A stretch of DNA of 63,494 bases, the filler included, from Octopus bimaculoides (lineage: Eukaryota): the NCBI RefSeq assembly GCF_001194135.2. It is 4 parts of 4 records of this genome, joined end to end, with 100 filler letters (N's around TTAATTAATTAA, not from the genome) between each part and the next. Parts side by side here need not be neighbours in the genome. Positions count along the whole stretch, not along the records: positions 28,870 to 41,892 come from NC_069003.1; positions 41,993 to 53,378 come from NC_068988.1; 2 more parts are not named here. One strand, 5' to 3'. Position numbers and translations under genes: made by a program. Positions 37,358-49,799 of the stretch are shown here, piece by piece. A model generated the notes under the pieces. It did not search any database. It had not been told where the DNA came from and saw only the letters and a list, made by a program, of their open reading frames with translations. The number at the start of each line of letters is the position of its first letter. The first letter of the stretch is position 1.

Positions 37358-39580
37358 CACCACCACCACCACCATTGGCTTTTTGAATTGAATACGCACA
37401 CATATACATAAGCACACACACACACCCATACACGCAGATTTACGGATACTTATACGTTCAGGCTCCTTATCATAAAGACAGACATATACACACAAGCACA
37501 CACACACACACACACGCACACACACACACACACACACATACACACACACACGCACGCACACGCACACACACACACATACACACACACACACACACACACG
37601 CATATTTACATAAGCAAGCATGCACGCACGTACATCGATACCTTGAAACCATCTTGAAGTTGGAGCATGATATATTAAAAAAAATTAATATCTTTAGAAA
37701 AAATCCAAACACTACAAGAATAATGACGTCAATGAGCAAAATAAAATAAAAGCAATAGAGACAGACAGATAGATACAGAGTGAGAGAGAGAGAGAGGGAG
37801 AGAGTGGGAGAGAGAGAGAGAAAGAAAAAGGACTAGGAAATGACAAGAATACGGAATTCAATGGTAATTGATTTTAATGTTTCTTGGTAACAATGGTAAT
37901 ATATTTCGAAAGAGTTTATATCTATCAAAAAGTGTGATTGCCGTGAGGGGTAAGAAAAAAAAAACGACGTTTCGGACATTCGTCATTTTTCTAAAACTCG
38001 CGACGGATTTTTTACTCCACGGGGCAATCATACCTATTAACAGTTATAAACTCTTTTGAAATTTATTGAAAATGTAATATACTGAGTTGAATGACAGACA
38101 TATTTAAAAACCAATAACAACAATCCCCCAAAGCCATGGAAACGAAATAAAGCACAAAATAAAAGCAAATGGATATTTATTTATTTAGAATCATGGACAT
38201 GAATAAATATGAAAATATGTCTCTTTTTTTTAAATAAAAACAGGCAACATGTTCGAGATATATATTTTTAGAAGAAAACAAGCAAATACGAAAAAATATC
38301 GCGTGTGTGTGTAATGTGTATATATGAGCGTGTATATTTTATAGACATTTCTGTATACACGTGTATATGTAATATATACATGCATATATACATATATACG
38401 CGTGTGTATACGTAAGTATAAATATGTACCCACACACGTATGCATACATACACACATATATATGGTTTTATTTACATTCATATGTCTATGTGTGTATGAA
38501 TACATACATACATACATATATGTATATATACATATATATATACACATGCACACACACATGCATATTTGTAGATATTTATGTATATGTGTGTACATATGTA
38601 TATATGCATATATATGTGTGTTTGTATGTATGTATGTATGTATATANNNNNNNNNNNNNNNNNNNNNNNNNNNNNNNNNNNNNNNNNNNNNNNNNNNNNN
38701 NNNNNNNNNNNNNNNNNNNNNNNNNNNNNNNNNNNNNNNNNNNNNNNNNNNNNNNNNNNNNNNNNNNNNNNNNNNNNNNNNNNNNNNNNNNNNNNNNNNN
38801 NNNNNNNNNNNNNNNNNNNNNNNNNNNNNNNNNNNNNNNNNNNNNNNNNNNNNNNNNNNNNNNNNNNNNNNNNNNNNNNNNNNNNNNNNNNNNNNNNNNN
38901 NNNNNNNNNNNNNNNNNNNNNNNNNNNNNNNNNNNNNNNNNNNNNNNNNNNNNNNNNNNNNNNNNNNNNNNNNNNNNNNNNNNNNNNNNNNNNNNNNNNN
39001 NNNNNNNNNNNNNNNNNNNNNNNNNNNNNNNNNNNNNNNNNNNNNNNNNNNNNNNNNNNNNNNNNNNNNNNNNNNNNNNNNNNNNNNNNNNNNNNNNNNN
39101 NNNNNNNNNNNNNNNNNNNNNNNNNNNNNNNNNNNNNNNNNNNNNNNNNNNNNNNNNNNNNNNNNNNNNNNNNNNNNNNNNNNNNNNNNNNNNNNNNNNN
39201 NNNNNNNNNNNNNNNNNNNNNNNNNNNNNNNNNNNNNNNNNNNNNNNNNNNNNNNNNNNNNNNNNNNNNNNNNNNNNNNNNNNNNNNNNNNNNNNNNNNN
39301 NNNNNNNNNNNNNNNNNNNNNNNNNNNNNNNNNNNNNNNNNNNNNNNNNNNNNNNNNNNNNNNNNNNNNNNNNNNNNNNNNNNNNNNNNNNNNNNNNNNN
39401 NNNNNNNNNNNNNNNNNNNNNNNNNNNNNNNNNNNNNNNNNNNNNNNNNNNNNNNNNNNNNNNNNNNNNNNNNNNNNNNNNNNNNNNNNNNNNNNNNNNN
39501 NNNNNNNNNNNNNNNNNNNNNNNNNNNNNNNNNNNNNNNNNNNATAGGTATATGTAACATATATGTAACATACGCACAGA

Positions 39581-39626
<46 letters not shown>

Positions 39627-40059
39627 ACTCAAACATACATATAGATATGCAAATGCATAAACACACATATGCATACATACATATGCATATATACGCACAA
39701 CACATACACAAATTTGCACAAATACACATACACATATATACATATAAACACACGCTCGCATGGACACATAAACACATACATGCTGAATCGTTGCTTGGTC
39801 GAAATGTTAACCTGAATCCTACCAAACATAATATTTATTTCGATATGACTAGAGAGAAAGAGAGCGAGAGAGGGAGAGAGAGAGAGAGAGAAAGAGAACA
39901 AAAAAATAAACAAAACAAAAGAAATACCAAAAAATAACAACAAAAATATTTTTTAAGCTATTTATTATTAAAATGATGTGAAACGAGGAAAAAATTAAAC
40001 CAAATATTGTCTTGCTTTTTTTTGTTTTTGCGTTGTAATATGAATTTTTGATGATGATA

Positions 40060-40256
40060 ATGTTGACGTAATGATGAGGATGATGATGATGATGGTGATA
40101 GTGAGGATGCTGATGAGTATGATGATGATGATGATGATGATCATCATCATCATCGTAATCATCAGCATCATCGTCGTCGTCGTCATGGTCATCATCATCA
40201 CAATCAACATTTTCGTCGTCGTCGTCATCCTCATCACCGTCATCATCATCGCGTTG

Positions 40257-40320
<64 letters not shown>
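40060..40320. repeat. (GAT)n/(CAT)n mosaic forming a palindrome
   Basis: (GAT)n switches to (CAT)n at GATC, about 40140. Confidence 0.95.
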
Positions 40321-40354
40321 GGTTTCTAAGTAAGTCAAAAGACTGAAATTTTAA

Positions 40355-40913
40355 AGGGAGAGTGTTAGTTGAGGCTATCGTCCTCTAGCATTTAACTGGT
40401 ACTTCATTTTATCAACTCCAAATGGATGAAAGTTGACTTCGGCGAAATTTGAACCCAAAACGGTAAGAGTTGAACAGTAAAAAGTTACATTCAGTCAATC
40501 CACCACCTTTATGATAATAATGATAATAATGTCTTCAATTTTGAGTACAAGGCCAGCGGTTGTAAGGGAAGCAGGAAGTTGACTACATCAACCCCACTAC
40601 TTCACTGGCACTTATTTTAACGAGCCCCAGAGGATAAAAGTCGTAGTCGACCTAGGCGGCATTTGAATTCAGAACGTTATGTGCTACGAAAAATATTGGT
40701 TTCAAATTTTGGCACAAGACCAGCAATTTCGGGAGAGGAAGAAGTCAATTATATCAACCCCAGTACTGAGCTTGTATCTATTTTATCCACCCTGAAAAGG
40801 ATTAAAAGGCAAAGTCAACCCCAGCGAAATTTGAGCTCAGAACGTACGTACGGATGGACGAAATGCTCGGCAGTATTTCGTCCGGCGTGCTAACGATTCT
40901 GCCAACTCACTGC
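40355..40913 (-). mobile_element. Cluster of three decayed-to-intact SINE A copies
   Basis: Repeated CTGGTACT..TTTTATC.AC.CC..A.GGAT.AAAGGCAAAGTC.ACC blocks at about 40390, 40600 and 40780. The last copy is complete up to GCCAACTCACTGC. Confidence 0.85.
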
Positions 40914-40914
40914 T

Positions 40915-40957
<43 letters not shown>

Positions 40958-40993
40958 TGATGATAGTGATGGTGATGATGATGATAGTGATGG

Positions 40994-41060
<67 letters not shown>

Positions 41061-41810
41061 AAATTCTTTCATTGGCCACAAGGTCGAAGGATGAGGGGGA
41101 AAATACAAAGACAGGCGTAAACTGTGGGGGTTTACATATAATGGAATGATTAAAAAAAAGGAAAGTAAGTATACACGGTGTACACTGAAAAAGAAGGGAC
41201 GTATCCATAGCATACAAAGGTTAAAAAAAAAGAGGCGGAGAGGATGATAGAGATTTGGCCCCGCTGATACAGGAAGGCCTCTAGGGATAATCGAGGAACC
41301 CCACTTTCCGAGATTTCCCTGAAGATTTCCCAAGAGCAAGTGCTCTCTCCAATTCCTTCTCGCCGTCTCACAGGCCTACACTTAGAGAGGTACCACCCAC
41401 TCTTGCCATTTTCACAACTTTCATCTACCTTTCAATAAACTCACTGGAGGACAGCACTTTCTTCTCCACTCTCAATTTCCTTCATTGACATCCTTGAGGA
41501 AGTCAATGAGAGCTCCACCAAAGAGAAATGTATCTGTCCTCATGCCTTACAGCCTTGTCCATCAAACAACTCCTTTGGCCAGAGCCAACTGGCAAAGGAA
41601 AATTGCCTTGCCTGCCCGATTGAAGGAGGGCGGTGGTGCAGTTATCATTATAAACTCGGCCGACAGGCAGATCGTCGCACACGTGACAGCAGCAGCTCAA
41701 CATAGCCCCACAAGTCAGCAATGCCCGGACAGTGCGCGAGGGTGTGCAGAACGGTTTCGTCACTCTGTACGCACCTCGGCGCGTCTGACAACACATCCGT
41801 GCCTGTATAG
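41061..41810 (-). mobile_element. L1/Tx1-type LINE 3' fragment (zf-RVT C-terminus plus 3' UTR)
   Basis: Minus strand PRCVQSDETVLHTLAHCPGIADLW (CxxC-x7-H-x4-C knuckle) through to ...ARVGGTSLSVGL*. A T-rich 3' UTR ends at an (ATC)n tract. Confidence 0.88.
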
Positions 41811-41825
41811 TTAATAATAATAATA

Positions 41826-41892
41826 TACACCGGGGAAGTTATAAGGACTACACCGGGGAAGTTTAACAGGACTACACCAGGGAAGTTTAACA
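41826..41892. repeat. 23-24-bp minisatellite running into a scaffold gap
   Basis: TACACCGGGGAAGTTATAAGGAC / TACACCGGGGAAGTTTAACAGGAC / TACACCAGGGAAGTTTAACA. Confidence 0.85.
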
Positions 41893-41992
41893 NNNNNNNN
41901 NNNNNNNNNNNNNNNNNNNNNNNNNNNNNNNNNNNNTTAATTAATTAANNNNNNNNNNNNNNNNNNNNNNNNNNNNNNNNNNNNNNNNNNNN
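41893..41992. other. Assembly scaffold join (N44-TTAATTAATTAA-N44)
   Basis: Same 100-bp signature. Confidence 0.97.
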
Positions 41993-42344
41993 AAACACAC
42001 ATTCACACACACATATACAAATATTACATAACATAATATGGAAAGATAAAGAAATGAATATTATTTAATTCAACATTGACGTAATAATTTCGTGTTTTCA
42101 TTGTAGTTATTTTTCTTAATATCCAGTTCTGATCGGTTTCCTGGTTTAAAACTTCTAATCGCACTTGGCGTTCGTTTTTCGGACACTTTCACATTCGTGT
42201 GTGTTTCTCTCTGTTCTACACGTCTTCAATAATTAATACAAGATTTTTTTCGACAAAGTTTTATGGCATGAACTTGGAAGATGTTACGCTCTGTTGCTCT
42301 GCGTATTGTAATACCTGTGTTTATTATCATTTTTTTTTCCGGGA

Positions 42345-42470
42345 TTCAGTCCTGAAACTACGGCCTTGCTGGGGCACCGCCTTGAAAAACTTTAGTCGAC
42401 ATAATCGACCCGACTACTCATTTTCTTCTTAAGTCTGATGCTTATTCAATCGCCAAACCGATAAGTGATA
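42345..42470 (-). mobile_element. SINE B 3' fragment
   Basis: TTCAGTC...ACTACGGCCTTGCTGGGGCACCGCC...TTAGTCGAC.TAATCGACCC. Confidence 0.75.
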
Positions 42471-42627
42471 TATATATAATTTATATTGGATGTATATATA
42501 TAGAGGTAAACGGTTTTTATTCACATTTATTTCTTTTTTCCGTTGCGTACATGTATATACAGTCTCCAGTCTACACGCTTTTGTACGTTTATATACAAAT
42601 ATTCTTAGACATATAAGTAGATACACA

Positions 42628-42842
42628 TTTTTTTCTACTCTAGGAACAAGGCTCCAAATTTTTGGTGGAGGGGGCTAGTCGATTAGATCGACCCCTTTAG
42701 GCAATTGGTACTTAATTTATCGACCCGAAAGGATGAAAGGCAAAGTCGACCGTGGCGGAATTTGAACTCAGAACGTAAAGACAGGCGAAATACCGCTAAG
42801 CATTTCGCCCGGTGTGCTAACATTTCTGCCACCTCGCCGCTT
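42628..42842 (-). mobile_element. SINE A full-length
   Basis: Complete copy. Imperfect TSD: TAAGTAGATACACATTT (about 42614) vs TAAATAGATTCACATTT (42843). Confidence 0.9.
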
Positions 42843-43454
42843 TAAATAGATTCACATTTAGACCTATGCACACGCACATACATACACATACATACATGTA
42901 TACAATTTCTGATTCTTGTCGCTTTCTAACGTGAGGTGAAATTAATATTTTTCATTCCCACTTACATACATCCGTAGTATATCTACAAAAAACACCCCGC
43001 TGTGTATATATAGTTGACTCATAATATCTTTAAATATGGAGAATAATTGACGCCAAGTCTAAGTAATTTTCACTATGATATCCAAAGAAAGCAAAGAGAA
43101 AAAGAAAAATGTCACGTCCTAAATTGTTTGTGAGGATCGAGGTGTCAGATGTGTTAAATTTGAAACAAAACTCAGAATTAAGCATTTGTAGAAATTTACT
43201 ATGAAATGTGTCATCGTACATCGTTAAAATCATGCCATTGGCTTCTTTTCATCCCTTCACAATCAGTGAATTAGAAACTAAGTACCTGTCAAGTAGTGGT
43301 TCGATTAATCAATAACACTATTCTCTGAACACGTGTACCCTTCTGGCAAAATCAGACATAAATAAATATATGAATAGATATATAATTACATACCAGAACT
43401 GCTGCTACGACTACAAATGTTAACAATAATACTATTTGTTGTAGATAATGATGA

Positions 43455-43479
43455 CAACAACAAATAGTAGTAGTAGTAT

Positions 43480-43524
<45 letters not shown>

Positions 43525-43582
43525 CAGTAGCGGTAGTGGTGGTGGTTGTGGTGTCGTTGGTGGTGGTAGTAGTAGTGATAAC

Positions 43583-43635
<53 letters not shown>

Positions 43636-43642
43636 TAGTAAT
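43455..43642. repeat. (TAG)n/(TGG)n mosaic
   Basis: Read directly. Confidence 0.95.
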
Positions 43643-43654
43643 AGTTTCAAATTT

Positions 43655-43840
43655 TTCCACAAGGGCAGCAGTCTTTTTGTGGGGGGCAAGACAGTGTTCT
43701 ACTGGTACTTAATTTATCGACCCCGATAAGACGAAGGGGAAAAAACGGCTTCGATAAGATTTGAACTCAATACAGAAAGACAGACGAAAGGCTGCTAAGA
43801 ATCTTGTCCGACATTGTAATGATTCTCCCAGCTCGCGTCT
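43655..43840 (-). mobile_element. Decayed SINE A
   Basis: CTGGTACTTAATTTATCGACCCCGA...GATTTGAACTCAA...GATTCTCCCAGCTCGC. Confidence 0.75.
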
Positions 43841-44059
43841 TAATAAAATAATAATAATAACAATAATAATAATAACAATAATAACAATGGTAATAATAAT
43901 AATAATAATAATAATTATTATTATTATTATTGTTTCCTCCGCTCTTGTCTGGCAGCATCGCTAGCAGAGACTGGATTACTCCCAGGCCCAACCTAGTACA
44001 CAATTCGGCACTTACCGGTTGGGGTGCCTTCACAATTGGATCTGGTCCTGTTCACACCG

Positions 44060-44226
44060 TTATGATAAATAATATTACTTGGAACCGCAAGAACTCTTCG
44101 CATGGTTATTGAAGCATGACCAGTAAACAAGTGTCACCTTAGTCTCCTGGCTGTCTACAGCTGACATTTTCCATCATACCCAGCAAAATAAGCTGTGCGT
44201 TTTCATCACATAATAGCAATAATAAT
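44060..44226 (+). mobile_element. RLE-type (R2/R4/HERO-like) LINE 3' end
   Basis: IILLGTARTLRMVIEA* (LLGTARILR C-terminal motif), then a short 3' UTR and an (AAT)n tail. Confidence 0.75.
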
Positions 44227-44244
44227 CGTGCATGCGAATAGTAA

Positions 44245-44500
44245 AGGCCGTGCCTATGATAACCGGTGCGTTGGGAACAGTAAGTCAAGATAGAGACAAA
44301 TGGCTGAAGGAAACAAATAGAGTTGCCCAATGAATATTCTACAGAAAGTTTGACTTTTAGTGGTAGCAAGGATTATTAGGAGGTTTCTAAGCACTTGAAA
44401 GATTGCCCAAAACGTGTGGATACCTAATGGTACTGGTAGAAACCTTCTACCCTCAAAAATCCTACCAGGGAATAAGGCCACTATTAAGCTTTAGTTCTAT
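44245..44500 (+). mobile_element. Second RLE-type LINE 3' end
   Basis: VPMITGALGTVSQDRDKWLKE followed by frameshifted NILQKV*LLVVARIIRRFLST*. Matches the P.VIGALG...KWL...LQK..LLG.ARIIR tail of RLE elements. Confidence 0.75.
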
Positions 44501-45000
44501 AGTAACTGTTATTATCATTATCGGCATCATCGTATTTGCTAATTTCATCAGGTTGTTATAAGCCATATCACCTTCTACTATAGAATCACCATCACTATCT
44601 TAAACAACACCAACATAATCGTCATATTCATCACCAGTACCACCATCACAAACTAAACCACTAACATCACTACTAAACACCACACCATCACCTCGACTAC
44701 CATCACGACGACCACTACCATCACGACGTTGACGACGATAACGACGGCGATGACGATGATAACTACAACGTTGACGCCTCCCAACATCGTTAGCATCAGC
44801 ATGTTTAGTAGGGCCGAGGCACGATAGCAGCACTTTACATTTATCATTTTAGGCTACCCTTGCTCCAGGAGACATGGCACAATCCAGAAACAAAACGAAA
44901 GAAAAAAAGGTTACATCAGATGCTTATCCAACAGCACGTCATATCGAAAACATTCATCCCCCAAACCTGAAAACAAAAACAACAACAACAACAGCAACAC

Positions 45001-45057
<57 letters not shown>

Positions 45058-45805
45058 CGACAACAGCAACAGCAACAACTACAATACAGCCACAACCACA
45101 ATTCCAATCATAAATACTAAAGCAGCCAGCAATGGTAGAATTCGTTCCTTGTAGTTAGAAATATTTCGAGTACTAACTCCATATCATGCTATAAAAACAA
45201 TAATAAAACCCGTTTCAACTTCACTAGAAACATCCATATAACAACAACAACAACACCAACAGCAGTTATTGAATTTGTTGTTAGCGCTGCTGCTGCTGCT
45301 GCTACCTAGTGTTTCTGCTATTTGTAATTACGGTATTAATTAATGCTTGCATTTGATATTAAGATTGATAGTGTACCTGATGATGATCGTGGTAATGATG
45401 AAGCGAAATGACGAGGACATAGATAGCAATGACGTTATAGACGTGGAGGATGAATTTGAAAATAATAATGACGGTGTTTATGATGATGATGATGATGACG
45501 ATGATGATGATGATGATAATGATGATGATGCTGTTGATGATTATGATGATTATGATGATGATGATGATGATGACGATGATGGTGACAATGACGATGATGA
45601 TGACGATGACGATGATGATGATGATGGTGGTGGAGGCTGTAGTGGTGGTGGAAGCGGCGGTGTTCGTTATGGAGGTTGTGGTGGTGGTGGTGGTGGTGAT
45701 CGTCGTACGCATGCTAACGATACGGTGATGACCAACACGACGACAACAAGGATGATTTTGAAGCGATGACGATGATGGCGACGACGATGAAGAAACGACG
45801 ACGTC

Positions 45806-45846
<41 letters not shown>

Positions 45847-45935
45847 CGATAACAATAACAACAACGACGAAGTGGACGATGACAACCACGATGACGACGA
45901 CGACGAAACAACGATGATGATGATGATGATGAGGA
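44500..45935. repeat. Extended trinucleotide low-complexity mosaic (CAT/CAC/AAC/GAT/GAC/GGT)
   Basis: About 1.4 kb of interleaved trinucleotide tracts; source of the poly-D, poly-T and poly-M ORFs. Confidence 0.9.
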
Positions 45936-46490
45936 TGTTAGATTTTCTTCTGCATACTTTTTGAAAGCATTTTCTCATTCATTATTCCTTATTATATAAA
46001 ATACATTTTAATAATATTGAGAAAGTTAACATAAATGAGTTTAGATTCCACATAATCGAGAGCTGAGCTGTGATTACCTTAGTTATTTGGCATGTTGTTT
46101 ATATGTTGTTCGGTTTCTAAGCCAAGCTGTAATATGAAGCTATTAGAATCGCAACGGGATGACACGGAAATATTCGCGAGTAAATCCGCCGATAATTGCT
46201 TGTAGTTATGAACTGCAATCTTCATAATCCTTACATTTAATAACGGTTCAAATGCTACCTCTTGGAGCGCAACAGAACTCATACATTTCCCCCCTCCTCT
46301 TCCTCCAGCTTTTCGCCCCAAACCCCCCAGCAACCACTGCATCTGGTGGAAATTAAAGATGACTGTTATAAAGAAGAAACACAAACATTCAGATAAAAAG
46401 GGGAAAATAAATGTTATATTAAATAATAACTAAGATAATAAGAAAAATAACATGTAAATATACAAAGTATGACACTGACAGTAACAGTAT

Positions 46491-46555
<65 letters not shown>

Positions 46556-46559
46556 AATA

Positions 46560-46960
46560 ATTTCACATACTTGCCAAAAGTGCGAAAAATGGGAGGAGTG
46601 ACAATACAGAGACAGTCATAACGTGTTGGGGTTTACATAAAATAATGAGATAATAAAAATAAGAAAATTAAGTATACACGGTATACACTGAAAAAAAAGG
46701 GACATATGCATAGCATACAAATTAAATAATAAATACAAAGGGAGACGAGCTGTGGCAAGAGGAGCCTCACAAATCGCGCGCACAGAAGCTCCCTCTCTAG
46801 AAAACGTTGCAGGTAGCGTAACTTGAGAGCGTGTCTGCGCAATTGGAGAAACAGCATACATAATCCGCAACTCAGAGGATGCTAGCAACAATCTGACCGC
46901 CCGAACATTGGCATGCGTCCATCCCACAAGAATTTAAATAAGAGACGCTCCAGGAGCCCT
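46560..46960 (-). mobile_element. Internally deleted L1/Tx1-type LINE fragment, same family as 41061-41810
   Basis: 3' UTR is nearly identical to 41120-41220 (GGGTTTACATA...AAGTATACACGGT.TACACTGAAAAA.AAGGGAC.TAT.CATAGCATACAAA). It is joined directly to an ORF2-like peptide LRRHALKLRYLQRFL...FVRLLLPQLVSL and ends at (ATC)n. Confidence 0.8.
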
Positions 46961-47768
46961 AACGCAAATCAACCGATTTGTCCTCGTTGATTTTAGCCCC
47001 TGAATATTCCTTTACGGTGGTGCCGACAGGTCCAAGTGAAATCATATTAAATATAATCTTAATAACGTTAAACATTTTTAAATGTACGATTCTATTCCTG
47101 GTTGTTCGAATATGCAAACATGTGGCATTTCTTAACACAAGTACACACTTAAACACACCAGACTGTGAAGAAAAATTGTGAAGGAAAATTTGAAATGCTT
47201 CGGTCTCCATATCTATGAGGGTGATAGTCACAGTGCAAAACGCAAGATTCAGAACACTCCTGCACATAGATAAATATAATTATCAATTCAAATATAAATA
47301 TAAATTCAAATTGTTGATATTTTATCGAATATATGTAATTAAAAAATATTCTTCACATAAAATTATGATTGAATCATATTCACAAACGTATATTTATTCC
47401 CAATCACTTTCTCTGGGTATATCTGTCCCTCTCCCTGTGCATTTATTCATCTTTCAGCCGCTTGTATTTGTGTATCTCTTTCTCTCTCTTATTCTTTTAC
47501 CTCTTCTTCTCCTATCATTCTATCCTATTACACTTTCGTTTTTTTCTCTCTTATTCTTCTACCTCTACTTCTCCCCTCCTTGTATTCTCACTTATATCCT
47601 ATCTCAAATTGTTCCCTCTCTCCTTCGCAGTTCTCTGTCTGTCACTCTCTGTCCCTCATTCTCCCTCCTTTGTTCACGTGGCTCCTACGTGACCACCGGC
47701 CATATTTCTTCTCCTAAGTTGTGTTTCTTTCTTTCTCTCGTTGTAGCTGGATCAAGGAAGACGTGTTG

Positions 47769-47830
<62 letters not shown>

Positions 47831-49799
47831 ATATATATATATATATATTTATATATACACATATACGAATATATACAGATGCATACAGTCATACACATGC
47901 ACACGCATATATGCACACACATACACATACATGTATATTATACATATTTGTGCCAATGTGCTTGCCTATATTTCACGCTATTTTTGCGCTATGATACTCA
48001 GAACCAAACTTATGCACACCTTACGAATACACACATGAATATTATTTCTGTGCACGTATGTATGCATGTATGTGTGTGTTTGTTTGTTTGTGTACGTGTG
48101 TGTCTGTGTCTGTGTGTGTGTGCAGTTGATTAATTGTTGTGTATATATCTGTAAATGTGCAGGAGCATATAACAAATATGGAGTGAGAGATTGACTGGTA
48201 CATTGCGCAAAGATCCATATGCTAGATGTAGTAAACATACAAGCTTCTAACTGAATATTTAACTTACTCATATTGCTGTTGTTACAGGAATATAATTACG
48301 ATTTTAAAGTTCTATAGCTTCTGATTTTATTTGAGAAATTTGTTGCATTTCTATGTTTCGTAAAAACATTTCAGTGTTCATGCGATAACTTTTAATTGGG
48401 AAAATTATATAAGGAAATATTAAATTTATTATGCAATCGATACAATATTACTGTTTAAAATTTCAATGTTTTTATTTATGAATACATCGCTTGTTTTTTC
48501 TTTTGTTATTGTACCCCTTTAAATGTTGAGCCATAATAAAATCGTCTTTGTTTACAATTTGGCTGCCTAACTAATGTAATGTGGAGAATTATCATAATCA
48601 AGAAAAAAATTAAAATTGTAGCAAACACGCTTGTAAAATAATCTACGATGTTTATACAATATATTAAATTTATTTCAGTTGTTTCATTAAATTATACGCT
48701 ATCATTTAGAGCAATCAATTCTCTTTTTTTCCTTCTCTTATTACCATATTCAATTCTTTACTTTCTTAATATCAGAAAAAGCACTTGTTTTGAACAATGA
48801 AATATATATCTATTATATTTAACGTCATTATTTTCGCTGAGATAAAAAGTATAAAATTAAAACTGGAAAAACGTATAAAATATAAACGAAACATAAATTA
48901 AATTGAAAAAGTATCTTCTACAATATGATCTACTATCTAAAGGAAATAATGTAAATTCATTTTCCTTTTACAAACGCGTGTTAAGAAGAATAAATCAGAA
49001 AGCCGGTGCTTTGTAAGACATATTTCTTTTTCGCTCTTTACATTATAATTTTTCTGAAATTTAAGTTTAACTTTTAACTAATAACAAGTTTTGCGAATAC
49101 TTATGGATTAACTCTCCTTCGTATGCTGTTTTTATGATTAATTAATATACACGTTTTATCTCAGCCAGTGCTGTATATTAGGGAGCTAAAACCTGTTAGG
49201 ATCTCTCAAATGACATTAGAAATATTATTGGTAAGAGATTTACTCGGGGATAATCATGATCGTAAATCAATAGAGGGCTTTATTGACACGTTCATCAAAA
49301 TTTTCATACTGCATTATTCAGCTGATGCCCAGAGCGTGATGCTTGTAGTAAAAGTACAAAAATGCGTTGCCAATTTATGGGTGGCAAATATCATAAGCGA
49401 CGCCTTGTAGTTTTATAACATTCCATTTAACACATTTTTCCTACGTATATATTACACATTTTTCTTTAAAACATTACTTCACATTTATCATAGACTAATG
49501 GCTCAGAGTATGATAGCATTTCATTATATGCATATACGATTAGTGCGCGTGTTCGTGTGTGTGTGTGTGAATCTGTGCGTATCTGTGTGTGTATGTGTAA
49601 GAAAACGAAATGACAAAATAATAAATGATTATCCTATGAACTTCAGTGAACTCATTGTTGAGTACCTGAGTAACATCTTATAGTTTTACTGGAGTCTCTA
49701 ATTTAAAGTGTTATTTATTTGGTAAAAGTGTAATTCTTTTCCTAAGTAAATTACACTTCATATGCTGGACTTTGGTGAAGCTATAAAGTTTTGCTCAGA

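Noticed and set aside
38230-39943. Long ORFs (up to 531 aa) in the ORF track
   Set aside because: Produced by N runs and (TA/CA/TG)n. The same applies to ORFs at 34.1-34.8, 54.0-54.7, 58.0-59.0, 60.3-61.3 and 61.8-62.9 kb.
41826-41892. Direct repeats resembling a CRISPR array
   Set aside because: The units are contiguous with no unique spacers, the context is eukaryotic, and there are no cas genes; it is a minisatellite.
45347-45978. Poly-Asp/Gly, poly-Met and poly-Ile ORFs
   Set aside because: Translations of trinucleotide mosaics, open in several frames on both strands, with no splice or domain support.
47215-47994. 259-aa hydrophobic ORF
   Set aside because: A low-complexity CT-rich tract plus microsatellites; its hydrophobicity is compositional.
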